Position numbers and translations under genes: made by a program. From Candidatus Omnitrophota bacterium (lineage in GTDB: Bacteria; Omnitrophota; Gorgyraeia; Zapsychrales; JANLHA01), in the NCBI GenBank assembly GCA_963662715.1, contig OY759724.1, positions 2,670,001 through 2,702,000 on the forward strand: a stretch of DNA of 32,000 nt. Direction: 5' to 3'. The notes under the pieces are model-generated. The model was not told where the DNA came from, did no database searches, and worked only from the letters and a program-made list of their open reading frames with translations. Positions 8,490-15,910 of the stretch are shown piece after piece. How positions within the stretch are numbered: position 1 is the stretch's first letter; each line of letters starts with the position of its first letter.

Positions 8490-9089
8490 GTGAATTCTAT
8501 GACGGAAGCGATCAGCAGCCTACAAACACTGCAAAATTCCATTGTTTATGACTTTTATACTTCCTGCTGGTTTCATAATCTGTTATCCCAGCCGGCCGTG
8601 AAGGAATGCTTTGCCCGGCGTGCCCCGGAAACAACGGAAGCATATCAGAGGTACCGGAAAATATCTCAAGTGACCCAGCTTCCGCTTCTTGGTGTCTGTC
8701 TGTCCCTGATACTGGTTTTTATAAGTCGTCATTATGCTTTTTTGGTCATAAGCTGCGGGTTTTTGCTGCTTTATTTCAGGTTTGTGAGAAATCAACGGCA
8801 GATTCTGGCCCGTTTGTCATCTGTTTTGCTCCGGCAGGAATTTGCAGTAGCTGATTTTTCCGGGAGAACCCTGTACGAAATTACCGAACACCTGGGCCGT
8901 CAATATGGCATCCCGTCGATGGTGGACACTATATACAGATCGGACAATATCTTAAGAAGATTATTTTTGCTGGGGTTTTTTCTGCCTTGGCCGGATTTTG
9001 GCAGGAGCGTTCTGATTTTTTTTGTTGTTTATTTTTCCTGCAAATATTTGCTGAATTCGCGGATCGGCTATCGCATCTTGGCCGGATAG
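8490..9089 (+). CDS. Hypothetical polytopic membrane protein
   Basis: Two hydrophobic hairpins: LPLLGVCLSLILVFISRHYAFLVISCGFLLLYF and LFLLGFFLPWPDFGRSVLIFFVVYFSCKYLL. Same strand as the CHAT gene, 91 nt downstream. I recognise no family. GTG at 8490 or ATG at 8499. Confidence 0.55.
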   Translation: MNSMTEAISSLQTLQNSIVYDFYTSCWFHNLLSQPAVKECFARRAPETTEAYQRYRKISQVTQLPLLGVCLSLILVFISRHYAFLVISCGFLLLYFRFVRNQRQILARLSSVLLRQEFAVADFSGRTLYEITEHLGRQYGIPSMVDTIYRSDNILRRLFLLGFFLPWPDFGRSVLIFFVVYFSCKYLLNSRIGYRILAG

Positions 9090-9120
9090 AAAGATTTTTA
9101 TTCAGCGCAGCCGGGGTATG

Positions 9121-11088
9121 TCAGAAAAGATAAGCGCCCCAGAAGGAAAGGATAAGGACAAACAGAATCGCGAGTCCCCATTTGCATGTTGTGAAAAGAA
9201 AAGCAAAGAATATGACCGGATGCAGAATGCTTATGGAGGCGTGAGTGAAATGTTTGGTCTGAAATACGGGCCAGTAGCAGGAGAAGTTCCGCCAGTTCAG
9301 GCTGAGCATCCGCTCTTGTTGCAGCATATCTTTATACAATTGGGTTCCTGGCAGAGGCGTCAGAAGAGAGACAGCGGTCCAGTCCGGAAAAATACGGAAA
9401 CAACACAGCCAATATTTGAAGATGTTTTTTATCCTGTCTGAATCAAAGCCGATGATGAAATGTCCTTCAATATGTATTCCCGCCTTTTTAATCCTTTTCG
9501 TATATTCAATAAACTTGTCTGCCAGGGCGAACTTCCCTCCTTGAGACTTTTCCAGGGAAGCGCTGGTGATTTCATACCCGATCAGCAGCCCCTGACAGCC
9601 GCTTTCTTTAGCCAATTTCAGCAGGGGTTCGTTGCCTCCGATATCGATACTACAGTTGGCAATCCATTTCATTTTTAACGGTTTCAGGGCCGTGAACAAT
9701 TGTTTGGCATAGGCCGGGTCAGAATAAATGTTGTTGTCAATAAAGCTGACGGTCGTGTATTTGGTCCTTACTCTTTCAAGTATTCTGACGACCTGTTCCA
9801 CCGTCCTGTGCCCGAACCGGCCTTGGCACAGAGCGGAAATGCAGCAAAAGGAACAGTGGAACTTACAGCCATAACTCGCTTCCAGATAATAACGGATAAT
9901 ATCCGGGGAGGCGTTCAGAAGTTCATTGTAAATCCTGTCGCGGACAGCTTGCGAGGCCGCGCCGCCCTGATACATTTTTTTGAGGGAATTGTTTTCATGA
10001 TCCCGAACAACCTCTTCCCAGACACTTTCAACCTCTCCGACCACCACGGCATCGCAGAATTCCAAAGCTTCATGGGGGACAAAAGACACATGAGGCCCGC
10101 CCATGATGACAGTAGAGCCTTTTTGGCGAAAGCCTTTGGCGATACGGTAGGCTTCAAAGCAGTTGCTGGTAAAGCAGGTGATCGCCACCAATTTCCCGGG
10201 GCGGAAGTAAGACGACTGCCAGAAAACTCTTGAAAAGCTGCGGACGGAATAATTCTTAGGCGTTAAGGCCGAAAGCACGACGAACACCGGCGGATAAAAT
10301 CGCAGAAAGATAGAGGTTAAGACTTCGATGACAGAGCCTCCTCCCAGGGGATTGATAAGAAAAAGCTCTTTCTCCGGAGGAGGATTCCGGCTGAAGTAGT
10401 CCGTTTTTGAAAAAAACAAAAGGCAGAGATAAACGAATAGAAAAAGGTGCGTATATTTTACGATAAATATGAGGCTTAAAGTCAGAAGGGCATGTATTTG
10501 CGGTTCTTGTTTTAACAACACGGCACAAGAGATGTTGATAAGGATAATCAGCAGAATCTGGACGACTGTCTTCAGAGGTAGCGGAAGGCTTAAAAGCTTG
10601 CCGGGAGATGTTTTAAGGAAATATCTCGCAATAATGAGCAGGGTTAAAAATATGAGGCAAACGGGCTCCAAAAAAACAGTCCAGTAGGCGTAATCCATGC
10701 GCGGGAGGAAGACAAAGGAACAAAACTGTATGCCTAGAAGGAAAATTTGAAAAAAGGTGAAAAGAAGCCAGGTGCGCTTGATTTGTTCTATGATCAAAGG
10801 TCTGGATACGAGATATTCTTTCCCGGAGCACAGCACGGCAAAACAGCCGTATATCCCTGAGTAAATGATGATTTTTAAAGGCAGTAAGCTCAGGAATATG
10901 AAAGGGAAGAGAGACTTGAAAATGCCGGCAGGCAGGAGGATGCTGATGGACGGGATCTCCAGTAAAAGAATAAGGAAGACGGCGGACATCAGGGAATGAA
11001 GAATATTCCAAGTGTCTTTTAACGGATGTTCAGCTGAATTCATGATCAAAAGAATCCGAAGGCGGCAGATATCTGTCCCCGGGTTCAT
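9121..11088 (-). CDS. B12-binding-domain radical SAM enzyme fused to an N-terminal polytopic membrane domain (about 6 TM) and a C-terminal hydrophobic tail
   Basis: Radical SAM motif YGCKFHCSFC (C408-x3-C412-x2-C415, nt 9844-9867). B12-binding-like KLVAITCFTSNCFEAYRIAKGFRQKGSTVIMGGPHVSF. aa ~30-228 form successive hydrophobic helices. C-terminus ILHPVIFFAFLFTTCKWGLAILFVLILSFWGAYLF. An alternative start is Met16 (nt 11043). Confidence 0.85.
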   Translation of the reverse strand: MNPGTDICRLRILLIMNSAEHPLKDTWNILHSLMSAVFLILLLEIPSISILLPAGIFKSLFPFIFLSLLPLKIIIYSGIYGCFAVLCSGKEYLVSRPLIIEQIKRTWLLFTFFQIFLLGIQFCSFVFLPRMDYAYWTVFLEPVCLIFLTLLIIARYFLKTSPGKLLSLPLPLKTVVQILLIILINISCAVLLKQEPQIHALLTLSLIFIVKYTHLFLFVYLCLLFFSKTDYFSRNPPPEKELFLINPLGGGSVIEVLTSIFLRFYPPVFVVLSALTPKNYSVRSFSRVFWQSSYFRPGKLVAITCFTSNCFEAYRIAKGFRQKGSTVIMGGPHVSFVPHEALEFCDAVVVGEVESVWEEVVRDHENNSLKKMYQGGAASQAVRDRIYNELLNASPDIIRYYLEASYGCKFHCSFCCISALCQGRFGHRTVEQVVRILERVRTKYTTVSFIDNNIYSDPAYAKQLFTALKPLKMKWIANCSIDIGGNEPLLKLAKESGCQGLLIGYEITSASLEKSQGGKFALADKFIEYTKRIKKAGIHIEGHFIIGFDSDRIKNIFKYWLCCFRIFPDWTAVSLLTPLPGTQLYKDMLQQERMLSLNWRNFSCYWPVFQTKHFTHASISILHPVIFFAFLFTTCKWGLAILFVLILSFWGAYLF

Positions 11089-11231
11089 CTTTGAAAAAAT
11101 ATTTTCTGATTTGTTAAATTATGATATTATTAGTTTTCTAAAAATCAGCCCCAGATACGTGATTTGGCCATAAAAGGCATAATAACCTGGAAAGTTAATC
11201 TATAATACCACAGACGGAGGAAAAAAGGACA

Positions 11232-12119
11232 ATGAAGAATTTGATTTCTTTCAATACGAATGAATGGTTTTTTGAGACGGCCTTCCCTGGAATACGGAGA
11301 TGTAAAAGAGATGGTTTCTGGATTGAAAAGGAAATATTCAAGGGAAAGACGAAATATCAGGATATTTATATTTTTAAAAGTCTTGGTTTCGGCCGGGTTT
11401 TGACTTTGGATGGTATTGTCCAATTATCGGAAAGCGACGAGTTTATTTACCATGAAATGATTGTGCACGTGCCCTTAATGGCGCATCGTAATGCCCGGAA
11501 GGTCCTGATAGTCGGGGGGGGCGACGGGGGGACGTTAAGGGAGGCGGCCAAACATCCTTTGCAGGAAATCGTTATGGTCGATTTAGATGAAGGCGTGATT
11601 GACATTTCCAAGAAATACCTGCCTTTCGTTTCCCAGGGCAGTTTTTCCGACAAACGCCTGCAATTGCATATTGAGGATGGCTTGAAGTTTATTAAGAAAT
11701 ACTCTGATTACTTTGATATTATTATTGTCGATTGCACTGATCCCGTTGGCCCGGGAAAAGTCCTGTTTGAGATGGACTTTTACCGGAAGGTTTTTTCGGC
11801 TTTGAATAAAGACGGGATAGCCATGTTTCAGCTGGGGCCATTTCTGGATTTTGATCTTATCATTCAGCCGAGCGCTAAAAAACTCCGAAAGCTTTTTTCA
11901 TCGGTACATCCGGTGAGACTTCCCATGCCATCGTATAGTTGCGGTTCGGAATATTGTTTTATGGCGGCTTCCAAAACTACGGACTTAGCTAAAACCAGCA
12001 GGTCAGTTATTGAAAAAAGAGTAAAACAAAGACTTGGTGGACACGCTAAAAAACTTAAGTATTACTCACCGGAAATTCATTTTACCAGTATGGTTATGCC
12101 CCGGTTATGGCAGCTATGA
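11232..12119 (+). CDS. speE: Spermidine synthase (aminopropyltransferase)
   Basis: KYQDIYIFKSLGFGRVLTLDGIVQLSESDEFIYHEMIVHVPL, VLIVGGGDGGTLRE, DIIIVDCTDPVGPGKVLF. RBS ggagg lies 12 nt upstream. Confidence 0.9.
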   Translation: MKNLISFNTNEWFFETAFPGIRRCKRDGFWIEKEIFKGKTKYQDIYIFKSLGFGRVLTLDGIVQLSESDEFIYHEMIVHVPLMAHRNARKVLIVGGGDGGTLREAAKHPLQEIVMVDLDEGVIDISKKYLPFVSQGSFSDKRLQLHIEDGLKFIKKYSDYFDIIIVDCTDPVGPGKVLFEMDFYRKVFSALNKDGIAMFQLGPFLDFDLIIQPSAKKLRKLFSSVHPVRLPMPSYSCGSEYCFMAASKTTDLAKTSRSVIEKRVKQRLGGHAKKLKYYSPEIHFTSMVMPRLWQL

Positions 12120-13138
12120 ACAGGAAAGTAACGCCAAACATTGCCATATTAGGGGATGGCCGCATCGGTCAGGCCGTGGCTTATTACTTCAAGAAATGCC
12201 GGGGTATCGGCCGGGTCGAGTTTGTCACGGCAGAACAGCAGCTGAAGCAGAGTCATCTGCTTGTCGGGGCTCTGCCGGGAGAACTTGGCGAAAAGGGCCT
12301 GAAACTGGCGCTGAAATACCGGCTGCCCCTTATAGACATTTCTGATCTGGACCCGGAATTTTACCTGGATCAGGAGGCGGCGATTTTTGAAAGACAAATT
12401 CTCGTTGTCCCTGGCTGCGGTTTTTGTCCGGGACTGATGAATTTTCTCCTTGGCCGCGAAATAAACAATTTGAAAGATCCTGTTGAGGACATTGAGGTAA
12501 AAGCAGGATCTCTGTCTCCGCAGGATCATTATTTCCCTTTTCTTTGGTGTTTTGAAGATTTGATCAACGAACACCGGATCCCCTCCTGGCAAATTATCAG
12601 CGGAAGAAAGAAAAAGTTTGCCCCGTTTGCCGGGTATCAACACGAGAAATTTTTTGATATCAACGCGGAGAGTTATTTTTCCGCCAGCGGTTTTGAGAAT
12701 GTTCTTGATAAAGTCAAAATTAAAAATCTCAAATGCCGCGTTGTCAGGCCGAGGGGGTTTATGGCTTTTTTCCTTTTCCTGGAACACGCGGGATATCTGA
12801 ACAAAGAAAATTTTATGCTATCTAAAAAAATCCTGGAATCGAAAAAGGAAGCCAACTATACGTTAGCAGAAATGACTTTACTCACCCGAAAGGAGAAAAT
12901 TGTTTGGGGACTTAAAACTTATGCGAAGAAGAACGCAGGACTTAATTCCATGCAGAAAATAACGGCCTCGGTTGCCGCTGTGCTGGGACAGACTATTTTG
13001 CGGGATAAGATAAAAAGGAGGGGTTTGCTGTTTTTAGAAGATTTGAGCGGTGATGCACACATTTTTTCTTTACTTTTAGCTGAACTCAAAAAGAAGGGTG
13101 TCGATATTTCGAGAAAAAAGGAGAAGCGGAAGTTATGA
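12107..13138 (+). CDS. Saccharopine dehydrogenase-family NAD(P) oxidoreductase (carboxy(nor)spermidine dehydrogenase-like, short form)
   Basis: Rossmann IAILGDGRIGQAV. LVVPGCGFCPGLMNFL matches the G-x-x-PG-l-x-n motif. YFPFLWCFEDLINE matches the f-s-W-S-p-x-x-l-i-x-e motif of Sacchrp_dh_C. It overlaps the speE stop; the in-frame ATG at 12116 would give an ATGA overlap. Confidence 0.65.
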   Translation: MAAMNRKVTPNIAILGDGRIGQAVAYYFKKCRGIGRVEFVTAEQQLKQSHLLVGALPGELGEKGLKLALKYRLPLIDISDLDPEFYLDQEAAIFERQILVVPGCGFCPGLMNFLLGREINNLKDPVEDIEVKAGSLSPQDHYFPFLWCFEDLINEHRIPSWQIISGRKKKFAPFAGYQHEKFFDINAESYFSASGFENVLDKVKIKNLKCRVVRPRGFMAFFLFLEHAGYLNKENFMLSKKILESKKEANYTLAEMTLLTRKEKIVWGLKTYAKKNAGLNSMQKITASVAAVLGQTILRDKIKRRGLLFLEDLSGDAHIFSLLLAELKKKGVDISRKKEKRKL

Positions 13139-13671
13139 AGCCTCACTCTTATATAACAAACAAAGTGGAAGTCCGGGAATCAGGGAAGGACCGTAAGGGC
13201 GTATTTGCTCTTCAGGAAATTGCGAAAGACGAAATTATTTCCATCTGGAGCGGGTATATCGTTTCCGGTGATGAATTGGTGTCCTTGTCCGAGACAACTT
13301 TCAAGAATGTTTATGATTATGCCATAGATATTGCAGACAACTTTTTTTTGGTGTCCAGCCGGGACGGCACGTTGGAGGACGATGATTTCTTTAATCACAG
13401 CTGTGAGCCCAATGCCGGGATAAAAGGCCAGTCGGTTTTGGTGGCGATGCGCAGCATTGCCCCGGGGGAAGAAATCACCTATGATTACGCGATGACGGAC
13501 GCCCAGTCAGACCTGTCTTTTGAATGCCATTGCGGCAGTCCGCAGTGCCGCGGATATGTTTCGTCGTCCGATTGGAAAAGACGGGAACTGCAGCAGAAGT
13601 ACAGAGATTATTTTTCAAGTTATATTCAAGGGAAGATTGATCAATCTCGGGACGTGCATTGCAAATTTTGA
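13135..13671 (+). CDS. SET-domain (lysine-type) N-methyltransferase with post-SET cysteine cluster
   Basis: KGVFALQEIAKDEIISIWSGYIV, FFNHSCEPN, GEEITYDYAM, post-SET CHCGSPQCRGY. ATGA stop/start overlap with the upstream gene at 13135-13138. Confidence 0.88.
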   Translation: MKPHSYITNKVEVRESGKDRKGVFALQEIAKDEIISIWSGYIVSGDELVSLSETTFKNVYDYAIDIADNFFLVSSRDGTLEDDDFFNHSCEPNAGIKGQSVLVAMRSIAPGEEITYDYAMTDAQSDLSFECHCGSPQCRGYVSSSDWKRRELQQKYRDYFSSYIQGKIDQSRDVHCKF

Positions 13672-13687
13672 ACCTACGGTTTTTTTT

Positions 13688-14269
13688 ATGGAATTTTATG
13701 AATACAGAATCAGGTTAGACGAAGCTTTGACCTATAATAATTTGCGACAGGCCAAGGTTATTGCTACGCTGGCTTACCTTAAAGCGCGAAGGGTGGAGTG
13801 TTTATCGGAAAGGCTTTATTTTAAGGCGCAGTTGGCGATCATTGATGAGGATTATATTGAAGCTATCGAACTGTTGGAAAAGACGATCCAACATAACCCT
13901 CATGATGGCGCAGCCTTTAATGATCTGGCCCTTTGCCTGGTCGAACTGGGTCTGCTTAAGGAATCCTTGTTTTATTTTGACCGGGGTATCAAAGCTGAGC
14001 CGGATTATGCCAATATTTATCACAATAAAGGCTGGTTGCTCGCTCATTTAGGGCATTATACGGAAGCCATGGCTCTTTATCATAAGGCTTTGTTTTTAGA
14101 GCCGCACAGGGCTGTGACCTATGAGAACCTGGGGCATATTTTGGAAGGTTTAGGCCGAAAAGAGGAGGCTGTTTCTGCCTACAGGAAGGCGGTTGGGTTG
14201 CTTAAGTCCGAACATGGGACCATACGGCGTCAAATTCAAGACCGTATTCAGGAAATCCTTTGTAACTGA
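13688..14269 (+). CDS. Tetratricopeptide repeat (TPR) protein
   Basis: Consecutive TPR units: AAFNDLALCLVELGLLKESLFYFDRGIKAEPDY, ANIYHNKGWLLAHLGHYTEAMALYHKALFLEPH, AVTYENLGHILEGLGRKEEAVSAYRKAV. I used the ATG at 13688 because the track start at 13520 would overlap the SET gene by about 150 nt. Confidence 0.85.
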   Translation: MEFYEYRIRLDEALTYNNLRQAKVIATLAYLKARRVECLSERLYFKAQLAIIDEDYIEAIELLEKTIQHNPHDGAAFNDLALCLVELGLLKESLFYFDRGIKAEPDYANIYHNKGWLLAHLGHYTEAMALYHKALFLEPHRAVTYENLGHILEGLGRKEEAVSAYRKAVGLLKSEHGTIRRQIQDRIQEILCN

Positions 14270-14307
14270 TAGTTTTTCATGAGGATACGAAAGAACTAAA
14301 TGATGAT

Positions 14308-14336
14308 TAGACAAGAGGGAAAAATAAGATTATAAT
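14308..14336 (+). promoter_or_regulatory. Candidate sigma70-type promoter (TAGACA - 17 nt - TATAAT)
   Basis: -35 TAGACA at 14308-14313, exactly 17-nt spacer, perfect -10 TATAAT at 14331-14336. About 80 nt upstream of the ATG at 14416, in an AT-rich gap. Confidence 0.4.
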
Positions 14337-14415
14337 ATTTTGTAATCTAAAATATGCGAAAATGACTTAAATTTACTGAAAATGGCTTTAATTGTGCTTA
14401 ATAAAGGAGATTGCT

Positions 14416-14724
14416 ATGCAGGAATATCAAGACACGAATTTTGCCGATGAATTTCTGCCATATCTTTTGGTTTTGTTGGTGGTTTCGTTGCTGTTATATC
14501 TGTTTTTATATTTTCTGAATATAAACGCGTCCCAATACAAAAGAGCCTCCGCGGAAAAACCTAGGATTGATTTCCTGGGCCGGCCCATTGCCGACAAGGC
14601 CTCGAAAAGAGCAGAAATTGTCCTTGAAAAACAGAAACTGCTTCTGGAAAGACGCAAAGACCGGTTAAAGAACCAGCAAAGTCTTTCTGATCTGAGAAAG
14701 TCGTTTCGTAGAAATGATATTTAG
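14416..14724 (+). CDS. Small single-pass membrane protein with basic coiled-coil tail (hypothetical)
   Basis: RBS aaaggag lies 6 nt before the ATG at 14416. TM LPYLLVLLVVSLLLYLFLYFL. Charged tail EKQKLLLERRKDRLKNQQ. A good sigma70-like promoter lies upstream. Confidence 0.5.
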   Translation: MQEYQDTNFADEFLPYLLVLLVVSLLLYLFLYFLNINASQYKRASAEKPRIDFLGRPIADKASKRAEIVLEKQKLLLERRKDRLKNQQSLSDLRKSFRRNDI

Positions 14725-14966
14725 GGCTTGGATAATCTCTGGGGCTTATTTTTAATATTTCTGCAGTAGAATTGTTATCCTGCTTGTGACAAATCTTTAA
14801 ATTTTATTAAAAATGCATAAGAATATCCCGTGTCCGCGGCTTTTTTGTTAGCCGCATGGGTTTGTAGATGAATTTTATGGCAGAAACAAATCGGAGTGGG
14901 ATAGATCCGCTTTGAAAATTTGTTGGCTGAGAAAAACATATTACCGACTTACTTCCGGAGGGACAC

Positions 14967-15782
14967 TTGAAAACCGTTATTTCTGCTTCCCGCAGAACGG
15001 ATATCCCGGCCTTTTATCTGCCCTGGTTTATTGATTGTCTGAAACAGGGATATGCTGATATCATAATTCCCCGGGGCCTGCCCAAAAGGGTCGACCTGCA
15101 GCCGGATGCGGTTCATTCGATTGTTCTCTGGTCAAAGAATTTCCGGCCCTTTTTAAAACGCCGGAGTGAATTCAAGAAATACCGTCTTTATTTTCAGTTT
15201 ACGGTTAATGATTGTGCGGTGTTGGAGCCGCGCGTTCCCGGTCTTCCGGAGCGCCTTGAACAAGTCAGGGAACTCGCGGATATTTTCGGGCCGGAATATA
15301 TTCACTGGCGTTTTGACCCGATTATCTTTTGGGATGAAGGGCGGGCCAGTAATATGGGCCACTTTTGCGATATCGCGCAAAAGATGTTTTCCTCCGGCAT
15401 TCGCAGGTGTACATTCTCCTTCTGCACCCATTACCGGAAGACCGTTAACCAGACACGGCGGAAAGGGCTGATATTGTTTGATCCGCCTTTGGAAGAAAAG
15501 AGGCGCATCGCGGAGGAATTAGGGCGCATAACCCAATCCCTGGGTATAACCCTGTATGCATGCAGCCAGCCGGGATTGTCAGGAATAAAACATGTCTCCG
15601 TCGCGAAATGTATCGATGGGAATTTATTGGAACAATTGTTCGGAGAAAGGGCTTCCAGGGCAAGGGACAGGTCGCAGAGGGAGGAATGTCATTGCACTAA
15701 AAGCGTGGATGTCGGAAGTTACAACTTGAAATGTCTGCACGGCTGCAGCTATTGTTATGCGAATCCCGGAATTCTTGCATAG
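14967..15782 (+). CDS. DUF1848-family protein (uncharacterised, Cys-rich C-terminus)
   Basis: N-terminal signature ISASRRTDIPAFYLPWF and C-terminal cluster CHCTKSVDVGSYNLKCLHGCSYCYANP, as I recall for DUF1848. TTG start follows ggaggg. Confidence 0.75.
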   Translation: MKTVISASRRTDIPAFYLPWFIDCLKQGYADIIIPRGLPKRVDLQPDAVHSIVLWSKNFRPFLKRRSEFKKYRLYFQFTVNDCAVLEPRVPGLPERLEQVRELADIFGPEYIHWRFDPIIFWDEGRASNMGHFCDIAQKMFSSGIRRCTFSFCTHYRKTVNQTRRKGLILFDPPLEEKRRIAEELGRITQSLGITLYACSQPGLSGIKHVSVAKCIDGNLLEQLFGERASRARDRSQREECHCTKSVDVGSYNLKCLHGCSYCYANPGILA

Positions 15783-15910
15783 AATGTCTTAAAAGGAAAA
15801 AGAGGAATTTTACTATCACTTTATGAAAAAGTATGGTAAAAACATGTGAGTTGGAATGATTCTTTTGGGAAAGCCCCCTGATTTTATTGTAGAGAGGGGA
15901 GAGGTTGATT

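Noticed and set aside
9118-11011. Several + and - strand ORFs (9118-9441, 9460-9678, 9700-10233, 10469-10687, 10256-10528, 10613-11011) overlapping the 655-aa radical SAM gene
   Set aside because: All lie within a single long ORF that has clear B12-binding and CxxxCxxC motifs. None has a recognisable domain or RBS.
12149-12787. 212-aa minus-strand ORF inside the saccharopine-dehydrogenase-like gene
   Set aside because: The + strand frame carries a Rossmann motif and Sacchrp_dh-like motifs and is translationally coupled on both sides. The minus-strand product is low-complexity and basic.
13520-13687. Upstream extension of the TPR ORF (track start 13520), overlapping the SET gene by about 150 nt
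   Set aside because: The extension has no TPR character and overlaps the well-supported post-SET region. The ATG at 13688 starts 16 nt after the SET stop.
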